Numbered from the stretch's first letter, positions 1 to 10,689 are shown. The stretch is 51,417 bases of DNA from an uncultured candidate division Zixibacteria bacterium (GCA_963668625.2 CAXXKA010000007.1:1-51417), one strand, 5' to 3'. Program-made: numbers and translations. The notes: generated by a model not told the origin, from the sequence alone.

Positions 1-67
1 ATACCTTAAATACTCAGGCATCGAGCTGGGATTAGTTTTGTTAATATACGATTACACCTTACGTCAT

Positions 68-108
68 CAGGATATGTAAGGCTGAAAGCGGAGCGACATC
101 CTGACACG
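68..108. repeat. Solo REP-like palindromic module, homologous to an internal segment of the MITE
   Basis: caggatatgt...acatcctg inverted arms. Ungapped manual alignment gives 31/41 identity to 6331-6371 inside MITE copy 3. Confidence 0.6.
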
Positions 109-131
109 TTGATAGTATGATTATACCGAAT

Positions 132-386
132 CACTACTGTCCGGTCTTTTCATCTCGTTGCGAAGCGCTGCTTCGCAACGTGGCTTGTTTGCCGGCAGAA
201 TGCGCATTCTACATGATTCAAGAAGGTTTCCAAGCAGCGCTTGGAAACCAGAAAACCAAGCCTAACATCGGCAGGATATGTCAGGATGAATGATACGCTG
301 AATAAAATAATTATATCGGAAAATATTTTTCATTAACAATTCCAAGGAGAAACTTAAAATTTAACGAAAAACACCGGACACTAGTG
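132..386 (+). mobile_element. MITE family A, copy 1 (255 bp)
   Basis: TIR CACTACTGTCCGG / CCGGACACTAGTG (12/13). Perfect 9-bp target duplication ATACCGAAT at 123-131 and 387-395. No transposase. Confidence 0.93.
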
Positions 387-807
387 ATACCGAATAATAA
401 TTTTTAGCAACGATTCCCACTGGAGCTAAATAATCGACTGAAAAATACCGAGCACCAGTGGAGCATTTTTTATATCTCATAGCCTTGTTAAATTCGTTCG
501 ATCAAATCGATTATATAGCAGCCTTAAGGTTATGAGCTGGTATTATCATTATGGTTAATATGAATAATCCATAACCTAAAATTGGTGTTATAGATAATTA
601 TATCAGAACATATTTGGGTAACTAGATAAATTTATAATAGCTTGTCAGCTGGTAAATGGTATTTACATATGAATCAATAAACCAAGACTATTTGTTATTG
701 TTTAAAGATGTTTCAGCAAAACAAGCAAGGCTTTTAAATTATAATCCAGAGCAGTCTAGATTCCGAAATAATGACAAAGTTCAATAATAAATTACTGGGG
801 AGGAGTA

Positions 808-2829
808 ATGAATCTCAAACTTAAAATTAAAACTAAAATTCTAGCATCTATTATTGGCCTGGTTGTCGTGATGTCCGGTGTTATAGGTATTCTTGCTTAT
901 AACGCGGCATCTAGAAACCTTGAGGTTGCCGGTAAGACCGATCTGGAGCATCTTGTTTATCAGGCAGGGGAGCTATGCAAAGCTTACAATGAAGTTACCA
1001 CGAAAAACATCGAACACTCTCTGAATGCTATGGAAGAGGTGTTCAATAATTACGGAGGAAAGAACGCTGAAATAAGGAATGGTAAATTAGTGCTGACCGG
1101 TCTGGGCGTCGATTATGTCGTGAATGATGACCATGTGATTCCCGACAGGACAAACCAGATGATGGATTGTGTCGCCTCGATCTTCCAGGTGCAAGGCAAT
1201 TCCGCCACCCGGATTTCGACCAGCGTAACCGATGACAGTGGTAAGAGAGCCATAGGCAGCCAGCTTTCGCGTGAGGTTTACGATAAAGTGGTTCGCCAGG
1301 GGCAGTCATATACCGGTCGCGCCGACGTTTTAGGCGAGTGGTATGTCGCCTCATACAGGCCGGTTGAAGACAGTCAGGGAAAAGTAGTCGGTGTGCTTGC
1401 TACTGCCGTAAGGGAGAAAGATTCCGAAGCTTTAAGACAAGCGATCCTAAACGTGAAAATCGGTGATACCGGTTATATTTATACTATGGATAAAACAGGT
1501 GTACTGATTATTCATCCTAGCTCCGAGGGCTCGAGTATCGCTCAACATGCGTTTACTCAGGAAATTATCAGTAAGGCCCCGAATTTATCTCCTGGCGAGG
1601 TCGGCTGGGTAAACTACGAATGGGATCGCGGTGGCAAACCTGCCGAGAAGATCGTTGCCTATACTTATTTTAAAGATTGGGAATGGGTGATCGCCGCTGG
1701 TAGTTATCTGGATGAATTTACGGCCGGTGCTCAGGAAGTTGCCACGACCGTGATGTTTATTTCGCTGGGTATCATTTTAGCCGGCGCTATTATAGGCTGG
1801 GTACTGGCCTCATCAATTACCAAGCCTATCAATAAAGTTGTAGATATGTTAAAAGATATTGCTCAGGGCGAGGGAGATTTAACCAGGCGCCTGGAGTTAT
1901 CCTCACAGGATGAGGTAGGTGATCTGGCTAAATGGTTCGATACATTCATGGATAAGCTTCATGATATCATTTACCAGGTCGCGCTTAATACCGAACAATT
2001 GGCCTCCGCCGCTACCGAGATATCATCCTCGGCTGAGGAGCTTTCAGCCGGTATATCCGAGCAAACCAACCAGACCGCCCAGGTATCGACCGCAGTGGAG
2101 GAGATGACTGCAACTATTGTAGAAACCTCGAAAAACACTCAGGAAGCCGCTGAGCGCGCCAAAGAGGCATCGGATAAATCTCAGGAAGGAAGCAGGTTGG
2201 CTGATGAAACTTCCGGGGGCATGGAGGAGATCGTTCAGTCCTCGAATACGACCAGCCACAATATCGAGGGGCTGGCCGAAAAAGCCACTGCCATCGGTGA
2301 GATAATCAAAGTTATCGATGATATCGCCGACCAGACTAACCTCCTGGCATTGAATGCCGCTATCGAAGCCGCCCGTGCCGGAGAACAGGGACGCGGATTC
2401 GCGGTCGTTGCCGATGAAGTTCGCAAATTGGCCGAGCGTACTACCAAGGCGACTAAAGAGGTTGCCGACACGATCAAAGGAATTCAAGCCGGTGTATCCG
2501 AGGCTAATCAGCAAATCAACGAATCCAAAGAAACAGTTGATAAAGGCAAAGAGCTCGTTCAACAAACGAATGCCTCTTTGAATGAGATATTCAGCGCTAT
2601 CGAATCGGTGCAGGAAATGATGCGTCAGGTAGCGGCCGCCTCAGAGGAACAGTCTGCAGCCGCCGAGGAGATTTCCCGGAGTGTCGAGAATGTCAACCGT
2701 ATTACCAAGGAATCAGCTACCGGAGCCGAACAGGCCGCAACAGCCGCCGAACAGTTAAACCGCCAGTCCGAGGAGTTAAGGAATATCGTGGGTGGATTTA
2801 AACTCAGAAAAGATATCGAAGTCGGTTAG
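808..2829 (+). CDS. Methyl-accepting chemotaxis protein with Cache-type periplasmic sensor
   Basis: Two TM segments, Cache-like sensor, HAMP (GEGDLTRRL), signalling hairpin [49 protein letters not shown]. Confidence 0.95.
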   Translation: MNLKLKIKTKILASIIGLVVVMSGVIGILAYNAASRNLEVAGKTDLEHLVYQAGELCKAYNEVTTKNIEHSLNAMEEVFNNYGGKNAEIRNGKLVLTGLGVDYVVNDDHVIPDRTNQMMDCVASIFQVQGNSATRISTSVTDDSGKRAIGSQLSREVYDKVVRQGQSYTGRADVLGEWYVASYRPVEDSQGKVVGVLATAVREKDSEALRQAILNVKIGDTGYIYTMDKTGVLIIHPSSEGSSIAQHAFTQEIISKAPNLSPGEVGWVNYEWDRGGKPAEKIVAYTYFKDWEWVIAAGSYLDEFTAGAQEVATTVMFISLGIILAGAIIGWVLASSITKPINKVVDMLKDIAQGEGDLTRRLELSSQDEVGDLAKWFDTFMDKLHDIIYQVALNTEQLASAATEISSSAEELSAGISEQTNQTAQVSTAVEEMTATIVETSKNTQEAAERAKEASDKSQEGSRLADETSGGMEEIVQSSNTTSHNIEGLAEKATAIGEIIKVIDDIADQTNLLALNAAIEAARAGEQGRGFAVVADEVRKLAERTTKATKEVADTIKGIQAGVSEANQQINESKETVDKGKELVQQTNASLNEIFSAIESVQEMMRQVAAASEEQSAAAEEISRSVENVNRITKESATGAEQAATAAEQLNRQSEELRNIVGGFKLRKDIEVG

Positions 2830-2840
2830 GAGACTTGAAT

Positions 2841-3314
2841 ATGGCTGAAAGTACGAACCAACAACATATCGACGATCTTGAACAGATGGTTACATTCAAT
2901 CTGGCACAGGAGGAATACGGAGTAAATATCCTCCAGGTGCAGGAGATAAACCGTATGGTCGAGATAACCGACGTTCCGCAAACGGATCATTACGTGGAGG
3001 GTATTATAAACCTGCGCGGTAAGGTAATCCCGATAATTGATTTGCGGAAGAAATTCAACATGACCAATAGGGAGTACGACAACCATACACGTATCGTTGT
3101 CGTGGATGTCAACAACGAGACTATTGGCCTGGTTGTCGATGGCGTCTCGGAGGTCCTTCGCGTTCCGGCCGGTTCGCTCGAGGCCGCACCGCAATTGGTG
3201 GCGGGTGAATATGCCTCATCCGATTATATCAAATCGATTGTCAAACTCGAGGATCGCCTGTTAATATATCTCGATTTGGAAAAGATTATATCATCGAGTA
3301 ATTTACCGGCTTGA
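2841..3314 (+). CDS. cheW: Chemotaxis coupling protein CheW
   Basis: EEYGVNILQVQEI, GIINLRGKVIPIIDLR, IGLVVDGVSEV motifs. AGGAG RBS before ATG 2841. Confidence 0.95.
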   Translation: MAESTNQQHIDDLEQMVTFNLAQEEYGVNILQVQEINRMVEITDVPQTDHYVEGIINLRGKVIPIIDLRKKFNMTNREYDNHTRIVVVDVNNETIGLVVDGVSEVLRVPAGSLEAAPQLVAGEYASSDYIKSIVKLEDRLLIYLDLEKIISSSNLPA

Positions 3315-3344
3315 ATATCTGAAATCTTGATTCGAGTTGTTTTC

Positions 3345-3374
3345 AAAGCCCATGGCAATCAGCCATGGGCTTTT
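3345..3374 (+). terminator. Intrinsic terminator after cheW
   Basis: aaagcccatggc-aatca-gccatgggcttt 12-bp stem ending in a short T run. Confidence 0.8.
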
Positions 3375-3425
3375 CGTATATATTTTACTTCATCATACAG
3401 CAATTATTGAATTATCATGGAATGC

Positions 3426-3679
3426 CACTGGTGTCCGGCCTTTCCATCCCGTCGCGAAGCGCTGGTTCGCAACGTGGTTTGCTTGCCGACAAAATGCGAA
3501 TTCTACATGACTCAAGAAGGTTTCCAAGTAGCGCTTGGAAGCCAGGAAACTAAGCCTGACATCGACAGGGTATATCAGAATGTATGATACGATGAATGTT
3601 TAATTATATCGGAAAATATCTTTAACTAACAATTCCAGGGAGAAATCTGAAATTTATCGAAAAACACCGGACACCAGTG
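3426..3679 (+). mobile_element. MITE family A, copy 2 (254 bp)
   Basis: Perfect 13-bp TIR CACTGGTGTCCGG / CCGGACACCAGTG. 9-bp TSD ATGGAATGC at 3417-3425 and 3680-3688. Confidence 0.93.
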
Positions 3680-3982
3680 ATGGAATGCATTAATATTAAT
3701 CGTTCAACAACGGTTTCAAAAAGGCATATTTATTTCCATGAATGTCAATATTTAATAAGTTAATACGATAATGACAATAACATGTCTATAGTGTCATTTT
3801 CGAATAATTTATTCGGGATGATATATAATATGCTGGTGACGATAATCGGCTTTTATCGGATAATTGTCAGGATTGGTTGTTTGCTTTATTTCAGAGTAGA
3901 GTTGGAATTAGCTGATTATCAAATTGCTAAACAGGACTAGTACAGCAATAATATTACAGTACAAGCAAATATTGGAGAAACC

Positions 3983-6028
3983 ATGCAAAAACTGAATTTG
4001 AAACTCAAACCGAAGCTGATCGGCGCGTTTATGATTTGTGGTATTGTTCCGTTGGTTGCTGTGGCTTATTTCAGTATACAGAAAGCTAATGAAGGTATGA
4101 TGAAACAAGCCTTCAATCAACTTCAAGCGGTCAGACAAATCAAGGCCAATCAGATCGAAAGCTTTTTCGAGGACCGCATAAATGACCTGGAGGCTCTAGC
4201 TGACAATCCTTACACCAAATTTGCAATGATAGAACTCGGCAAAGCCGATATTTCAGCCAGAGCGAAAGGTTTCGAGGGATTGGAATTGTTGGATGAACCG
4301 AAATTCAAATCGGCTTACGATTCTTATAATGCGACATTCAAATATTATATGGATACATACGGGTATTACGATATCTTTTTGATATCTCCCGAGGATGGTG
4401 ATGTTTTTTTCACGGTTGCCCTGGAGAACGATTTTGGAACGGAATTATCCCACGAGAAACATCACCTGGCATCAACCTGGCGTGAGGTCCTGGACGATGG
4501 CCGACCGGTGCTTTCGGATATGGCGCCATATGCGCCATCATTTGGCGCTCCGGCGATGTTCATGGCCTGTCCGGTAAACGATGACGGTAAAACTATCGGG
4601 GTTCTTGCCATGCAGATTTCCTCGGATGCCATAAATGTAATCATGCAGGAAAGATCGGGCATGGGAGAAACCGGCGAGAGTTATCTGGTGGGTTCGGATA
4701 AGCGAATGCGGTCGGATTCGTATCTCGATCCAGAGGGACATTCTCTTTTAGCCTCATTCAAAGGTTCCGTTGAACAAAACGGTGTCGATACCAAGGCAGT
4801 AAGGGAATCGATATCCGGCAACAACAATAGTGATATAATTATTGACTATAATGGCAATCCGGTACTTTCGGTATATGGCCCCTTGGAAATCGGTGAACAT
4901 ACCTGGGCCTGTATTTCGGAGATCGATCTGGCGGAGATCGAAAAGCCGATTAACGCGATCAGTAAAGCGATTGTTGGTATTGGCATTGTCGCCGGACTAT
5001 TAATTGCCGTTTTCGGTTTCATAGTGGCGATTGGAATTTTAAAGCCGATTAATAAAGTCGTCGATATGATAAAAGATGTTGCCCGGGGTGAGGGTGATTT
5101 GACTAAACGTCTGGCAGTCGATGCCAGAGACGAGATTGGAGATCTGGCAATGTGGTTTAATACTTTCATGGATAAACTTCATGATATAATTTCCAGGGTG
5201 GCCCGGAATACCGGACAGTTGGCCTCGGCGGCAACCGAGGTTTCATCCGCTGCCGAGCAGTTATCTACCGGCTCTAAAGAGCAAACCAATCAGACCGCCC
5301 AGGTTTCAGCCGCTATCGAGGAGATGACGGCGAGTATATTGGAAAGTTCGAAAAATACTTCCGAGGCGGCCGAAAAAGCCCGTGAGGCTTCCGATAAATC
5401 GCAAGAGGGTAGCAGGCTGGCACAGGATACCTCATCCGGTATGGATGAAATAGTTAGCTCGGCCTCGGTTACCGCAGGAAACATCAAGGATCTTTCCGGC
5501 AAGACTAACTCTATCGGTGAGATAATCAAGGTCATCGATGATATAGCCGATCAGACCAATTTGTTAGCGTTAAACGCCGCTATCGAGGCGGCCCGGGCCG
5601 GTGAGCAGGGACGAGGATTCGCGGTCGTGGCCGATGAGGTTCGTAAACTGGCCGAGCGTACCACGAAAGCCACTAAAGAGGTTGCCGAAACGATCAAAGC
5701 CATTCAAGCGGATGTTTCCTCTGCAAACGCACATATGGAAGAGGCCGGTGAAAAAGTCGGTAAGGGCAAAGATCTTGTCGAGCAGACCAACTCCTCGTTG
5801 AGCGAGATATATGGCTCGATTGAAGCGATGCAGGAAATGATGCGTCAGGTAGCGGCCTCCGCCGAAGAGCAATCCTCGGCCGCCGAGCAAATCTCTAAAA
5901 ACGTGGAAAACGTGGATAGGATATCCAAAGAATCATCCAGCGGGGCCGAACAGGCCGCCGCCGCCGCCGAGCAATTAAGCCGTCAAGCGGAGGATTTACG
6001 AACGATAATTGGCGGATTTAAGCTATAG
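3983..6028 (+). CDS. Methyl-accepting chemotaxis protein with dCache-type sensor
   Basis: TM-sensor-TM-HAMP-MCP signal domain. YGYYDIFLI and [12 protein letters not shown] motifs typical of dCache receptors. Confidence 0.95.
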   Translation: MQKLNLKLKPKLIGAFMICGIVPLVAVAYFSIQKANEGMMKQAFNQLQAVRQIKANQIESFFEDRINDLEALADNPYTKFAMIELGKADISARAKGFEGLELLDEPKFKSAYDSYNATFKYYMDTYGYYDIFLISPEDGDVFFTVALENDFGTELSHEKHHLASTWREVLDDGRPVLSDMAPYAPSFGAPAMFMACPVNDDGKTIGVLAMQISSDAINVIMQERSGMGETGESYLVGSDKRMRSDSYLDPEGHSLLASFKGSVEQNGVDTKAVRESISGNNNSDIIIDYNGNPVLSVYGPLEIGEHTWACISEIDLAEIEKPINAISKAIVGIGIVAGLLIAVFGFIVAIGILKPINKVVDMIKDVARGEGDLTKRLAVDARDEIGDLAMWFNTFMDKLHDIISRVARNTGQLASAATEVSSAAEQLSTGSKEQTNQTAQVSAAIEEMTASILESSKNTSEAAEKAREASDKSQEGSRLAQDTSSGMDEIVSSASVTAGNIKDLSGKTNSIGEIIKVIDDIADQTNLLALNAAIEAARAGEQGRGFAVVADEVRKLAERTTKATKEVAETIKAIQADVSSANAHMEEAGEKVGKGKDLVEQTNSSLSEIYGSIEAMQEMMRQVAASAEEQSSAAEQISKNVENVDRISKESSSGAEQAAAAAEQLSRQAEDLRTIIGGFKL

Positions 6029-6189
6029 TGATTTTCTGATTATTTGATCAACAGGCTACATCGCGGCGATACCCAAGGCGGAACAGATTGCATAAAATAG
6101 TATTAGTCTGGACGGGTCGCAGTGAAACGTAACCTGTTTGTCACTTGATGTCGGATCATTTACTTCAGGCTAAGATCCGGCGTTTTTTT

Positions 6190-6461
6190 CACTACTGTCC
6201 GGCCTTACCTTCTCGTTGAGAACTGCTGCTTCGCAACCTGGCTTGCCTGCCGGCAGAATGCTCATTCTACATGACTCAAGAAGACTGCCAAGCAGCGCTT
6301 GGAAACCAGGGAAACTAAGCCTTGCATCGACAGAACATATTAGGAAGGAAGTGGAGCGATATCCTGATACGCTAGCTACATATATTATATCGAAAAATGG
6401 TTTCCGCTAACAATTCCAATGAGAAATTAAGCAAATTACCGATAAACACTGGACACTAGTG
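6190..6461 (+). mobile_element. MITE family A, copy 3 (272 bp, longer variant)
   Basis: Ends CACTACTGTCCGG / CTGGACACTAGTG, collinear with the other copies plus ~17 extra bp. Flanks cgttttttt / atattttct are not a clean TSD. Confidence 0.88.
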
Positions 6462-6628
6462 ATATTTTCTATCGACAAAATCAGATAGCTCCTCAGAATG
6501 GCTGAGCATCGCAATGACCTACCGTTTTTTTGATGGAATCCTTTTGATCTTGACCGTAAAGACAATTTATGTTTATATATATAAATTGATACAATTTGAT
6601 AATTTAATTCAAAAGGAAAGGGGCATAC

Positions 6629-8986
6629 ATGTTCGCCCGCAAGTTATTGTATTTTTACATTATTATTATGCTGGGGCTAATATTTAGTTTTACCAGTGTT
6701 ATTACAGCTCAAGAATTAAAAGAAGCGCCTTTTTCAGGTAAGAAATTGGATGAATCAGGGATTTTCCAGGGGTATTTGCCCATACAGGTGGATTTGTCTC
6801 ACTTAAAGAATGCGAGAATTAACGATAACCTGACATTGGACTTACCTATTCGGTTTGACTGGCGGGAACATGGCATGGTAACCCCGGTGAAGAATCAGGG
6901 TAATTGCGGTAGTTGTTATGCGTTCGCTTTTTTATCGTGTTTCGAATCGAAAATTCTGATGCGGGAAGGGCAGTCTTACGATCTCTCCGAAAACAACGCC
7001 AAAGAATGCAACTGGTACGAATCAAGTTGCGACGGCGGCGCAGATTGGGCAATGGCCAGTTATTTAAACAGCTTCGGAACGGTACTCGAATCGAGCGACC
7101 CGTATGTTGACAGTGATGTTTCATGTAGCGGGTCAGCCCCGAAGAATAAAACGCTTCTTGAATGGAATATAATTTCATATGATTTAGCTCCGCCCGCTTC
7201 GATTTTAAAATACATTATAAAATCCCGTGGTCCCATTGTATCGTATATGTTTGCAGGTGATTCGAATAATCCCAATTGGAACCAGGAATTTTACGACTAT
7301 GACGGTTCATATACGATACATTACCAACCGTCCGAAGCTGCCGATGTAAACCATCTGGTAGCAATTGTCGGCTGGGATGACACCTTATCACATGACGGTG
7401 GCCATGGCGCCTGGATAGTGAAAAATAGCTGGGGAAATTCCTGGGGGGGGCCTTGTGGTTATGGTACCGAGGGTGGTTATTTTACAATTGCGTATAATTC
7501 GGCGCTAATCGGTCAGTACGCATCTTACATAGGTGATTACCAGGATTACGATGAGTATGGGCAAGCCTATAGGCATGATGAGGCTGGATGGAATTCGAGT
7601 TGGGGCGCCGACGGTTATCTATCGACCTGGGGGATGTGTAAGTATAACATTCCTGAAGATTGTATGTTGGACCGGGTCGAGTTTTGGACTAATGATGAAA
7701 ATACCGGTATCAGTATCGGAATTTATGATGTTTTTGATGGCAATGTACTTTCGGAGATGCTTGCGAATAAAAGCGGTTTGGTTTTTGAAAACCCGGGTTT
7801 ACATTCGGTACAGCTTGATTCGGCGATACGAATAACCGCAAATGACAATATATTCGTAGCGATTAAATTTACGAATACCAGCAATTATTTTCCTGTGCCC
7901 GCCGATAATCTTGGCCCAAGTCAGGCATATCAGTCGTACTTGAGCCTGAATGGAAACGCCGGTTCCTGGCTTGATCTCGGAAGTGAATATCAAAGCGATG
8001 TAGGCATCCGTATACGCTGCACTAACTCGGCTCTGTACCTGAGCGCGCCTGATGGCAACGAAAATATTAGCGCAGGAACAAGCAGGGAGATAACATGGTC
8101 GAGCCTCGGTGACAATATCGATAACGTGAAATTGGAATATACCTCCAATGACGGCGATGACTGGTACACGATCGAATCATCCGTACCCAACAACGGTTCG
8201 TACGATTGGATAGTGCCATATACCATTTCGAATGACTGCCGGGTGCGTATCTCGGATGCCGAGGATGGCGTGCCCTCGGATGAAAGCGCCGGCTCATTCG
8301 CGATTTATTGCCCGGTATGGCCGGGTGATCTGGATGCCAACGGGCTCGTTGACGCCGAAGATATTCTGCCATTAGCGGAATATTGGTATCGTACCGGCCC
8401 GGCAAGGTCCGATGTCAACTTTAGCTGGTCGGGAAAAGATTCCTCTCCCTGGGATGATATCCTGATAACATACGCGGATGCCGATGGTTCGGGGCGTGTC
8501 GATATTTCGGATTTCTTCCCGATATGCATAAACTGGAATAGATCGCACGGTGACGCGCTGGCCTTGAAATTTCAAAAACGAGACTATGATATTGAGGGTA
8601 ATCGCGAGGCGCTCATGAGACTTTATGATCAAGTCTCGGATGCCGAGACTGGAGCCGGCCTGAAGATACGAGAGTATATATCGAAAATTCTTGGTATTCA
8701 ATTACCGTTGATATTCGAATTGGAAGACTCATACCCGAATCCGTTTAACAGCACCACGGTGATAAAATACACCCTGCCCGAGGCCTCGGGGGTAAATCTT
8801 TCGATTTACAATATACGAGGGCAATTGGTGAATACGCTAATCGATGAATACGAACAACCGGGCAGATACCAGGTTAAATGGAGTGGCCTTAATTTCGATG
8901 GCGAAACCGTAGCCAGCGGAGTTTATTTCGTGAAACTTCAAAACGAAAATAACACATCGGTGAAGACCATGTCGTTAATCAAATAG
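6629..8986 (+). CDS. Secreted papain-like (C1A) cysteine peptidase with lectin-like, Ig-like, dockerin-like and FlgD/T9SS-like C-terminal domains
   Basis: Signal peptide. QGNCGSCYAF (catalytic Cys), NHLVAIVGW (His), KNSWG (Asn). Duplicated Ca-loop GDLDANGLVDAED / ADADGSGRVDISD. YPNPFN...VASGVYFVKL tail. Confidence 0.9.
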   Translation: MFARKLLYFYIIIMLGLIFSFTSVITAQELKEAPFSGKKLDESGIFQGYLPIQVDLSHLKNARINDNLTLDLPIRFDWREHGMVTPVKNQGNCGSCYAFAFLSCFESKILMREGQSYDLSENNAKECNWYESSCDGGADWAMASYLNSFGTVLESSDPYVDSDVSCSGSAPKNKTLLEWNIISYDLAPPASILKYIIKSRGPIVSYMFAGDSNNPNWNQEFYDYDGSYTIHYQPSEAADVNHLVAIVGWDDTLSHDGGHGAWIVKNSWGNSWGGPCGYGTEGGYFTIAYNSALIGQYASYIGDYQDYDEYGQAYRHDEAGWNSSWGADGYLSTWGMCKYNIPEDCMLDRVEFWTNDENTGISIGIYDVFDGNVLSEMLANKSGLVFENPGLHSVQLDSAIRITANDNIFVAIKFTNTSNYFPVPADNLGPSQAYQSYLSLNGNAGSWLDLGSEYQSDVGIRIRCTNSALYLSAPDGNENISAGTSREITWSSLGDNIDNVKLEYTSNDGDDWYTIESSVPNNGSYDWIVPYTISNDCRVRISDAEDGVPSDESAGSFAIYCPVWPGDLDANGLVDAEDILPLAEYWYRTGPARSDVNFSWSGKDSSPWDDILITYADADGSGRVDISDFFPICINWNRSHGDALALKFQKRDYDIEGNREALMRLYDQVSDAETGAGLKIREYISKILGIQLPLIFELEDSYPNPFNSTTVIKYTLPEASGVNLSIYNIRGQLVNTLIDEYEQPGRYQVKWSGLNFDGETVASGVYFVKLQNENNTSVKTMSLIK

Positions 8987-8997
8987 AGGTACATATA

Positions 8998-9510
8998 ATG
9001 AATATTTCAAGAATAGTAATATTGGCATTGGTGATTCCGGTGATAATGATTTGCGGCTGCAAGAAAAGCTCTGATTCCGGAGATTCTAGTTTCGCGCTTC
9101 AGCTGACTCCTCAAAGAGCAGAGCCGGATGTATACGAGGAATTCACACTGACTCTCGAGATTTCCGATGTTCGAGACATGTTCGTAATCGGATTCAATTT
9201 GCTGTACGATCATTCGAGGTTGAGATTATCCGAGACGAGTACGTCATCTGGTGGAATACTGGGTAATGACATCATAAGTTTCACCGAGGAAATAAACGGT
9301 GGAATCGGTGTTAGCATCGGTCGAACTCAATCTGCCGGAGATGATAACGTGTCTGGTTCAGGCAATATCTGTGAATTTACGTTTTTAGCTATCGGCATGG
9401 GAGAATCTCAGGTAGAGTTGAATAATGTCACGATATTAGACGAGGACGGGAGCAGTAACACGCAGATATCCGAATCGAATGTCGTATCAGCAGAGGTGAA
9501 TGTCGATTAA
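8998..9510 (+). CDS. Lipoprotein with cohesin-like domain
   Basis: Hydrophobic N-terminus with lipobox ICGC, Ser-rich linker, then beta-rich pattern FTLTLEI..GFNLLYD..L..SGSGNICEFTF..G.G...VEL..VTILD typical of cohesins. Confidence 0.75.
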   Translation: MNISRIVILALVIPVIMICGCKKSSDSGDSSFALQLTPQRAEPDVYEEFTLTLEISDVRDMFVIGFNLLYDHSRLRLSETSTSSGGILGNDIISFTEEINGGIGVSIGRTQSAGDDNVSGSGNICEFTFLAIGMGESQVELNNVTILDEDGSSNTQISESNVVSAEVNVD

Positions 9511-9519
9511 ATCGGTGAA

Positions 9520-9704
9520 TATCCGGCCTTTCGGGGCAAATCACGAATCGGGAAGATAAGCCGGATCATACGGTCGAGTCATGATCCGGTTCGCTTTAAC
9601 GGCTAAAGCTTTTAAAGCGTCAAACCGACCGAAAGGCATAGTCAGTTTGCTATCCGAAGGAGTTTTTATCAAACCCGATTTTAACTCTGATGAGATCGTG
9701 GATA
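9520..9704. ncRNA. Candidate structured ncRNA (multibranch junction), family unknown
   Basis: Nested closing stems enclose three to four abutting hairpins (details in findings). Confidence 0.45.
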
Positions 9705-9804
9705 ATCAAAAATCTTGCGCAATCGCCCCGTATATATTAATCTAGAGGCCGACATGAGCGCGCGATATGTCCTGTTTGATTCGTATGATTAATTCGGAGG
9801 CATT

Positions 9805-10689
9805 ATTCCATACCTGGGCGAAATTTTTTCACTGACAACTGCTATAACCTGGGGCATTGCCGTTATTCTATTTAAAAAAAGTGGCGAGTCGGTTCACCCG
9901 ATAGCTTTGAACCTGTTTAAAAATGTCATGGCTGTCATATTGTTAGTGCCCACGATGTACTTATTCGGTGAGTCGTTTTTATACAATGTGTCCGGCTATG
10001 ATTATTTCCTTCTGTTTATTAGCGGTGCGCTGGGCATAGGGATTGCCGATACGTTGTTTTTCATGAGTTTGAATTTGGTTGGCGCATCCCTGATTGCCAT
10101 CCTCGATTGCCTGTACAGTCCATTCGTGATAGCGCTTTCTTTCATCTTTTTAGGCGAGAGCCTGACTTTAACCCAGATGCTGGGTGTGGTATTAATTATC
10201 TCGGCTGTTCTGACAGTAAGCCGTCCCAAAGCCCGGGCTGGAATTAGCGGTAAAAACCTGGTATTAGGGATACTGTTCGGCGCTCTGGCGATGGCAGCGA
10301 ATGCGGCCGGTATAGTGATGGTAAAACCGATCCTGGAAAAATCTCCGTTGCTCTGGGTAACAGAGATGAGATTGTTAAGCGGTTCGATCATTCTGGCGTT
10401 GGTGCTTATTTTTCATCCGCAGCGTTACAAAATAATCAATTCGCTTCATGCTATCGGAAGCTGGCATTATACATTGTTAGGATCGTTTTTCGGGGCGTAT
10501 CTTTCGATGGTGTTCTGGCTAGGCGGGATGAAGTATACTCAAGCTTCGATATCCGCCTCGCTGAATCAAACAAGCAATGTTTGGATTTTCCTAATGGCCG
10601 CCTTGTTTTTAAAGGAGTCTTTGAATAAGCATAAAATTATCGCTATAGTGATGGCTGTGGTGGGTGTTTTTATTGTTACCTTTGGTTGA
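9805..10689 (+). CDS. DMT/EamA family transporter (start uncertain)
   Basis: About 10 TM segments with EamA repeats. The frame is open and EamA-like upstream of the called TTG (PYLGEIFSLTTAITWGIAVILFKK) back to a TAA at 9790-9792. Confidence 0.85.
   Translation: MPYLGEIFSLTTAITWGIAVILFKKSGESVHPIALNLFKNVMAVILLVPTMYLFGESFLYNVSGYDYFLLFISGALGIGIADTLFFMSLNLVGASLIAILDCLYSPFVIALSFIFLGESLTLTQMLGVVLIISAVLTVSRPKARAGISGKNLVLGILFGALAMAANAAGIVMVKPILEKSPLLWVTEMRLLSGSIILALVLIFHPQRYKIINSLHAIGSWHYTLLGSFFGAYLSMVFWLGGMKYTQASISASLNQTSNVWIFLMAALFLKESLNKHKIIAIVMAVVGVFIVTFG

Noticed and set aside
3365-3553. 62-aa ORF similar to the 64-aa ORF at 6216-6410 (ILHDSRR.PSSAWKPG)
   Set aside because: The similarity comes from the MITE DNA. 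Starts and stops differ between copies, so it is not a conserved peptide gene.
9511-9526. cggtgaatatccgg resembling a cobalamin riboswitch T-loop arm
   Set aside because: No upstream GGGAA or downstream B12-box, and it directly follows a stop codon.
9687-9694. CTGATGAG resembling a hammerhead ribozyme core
   Set aside because: No correctly placed GAAA with A15.1-U16.1 pair, and stems I and II cannot be formed.
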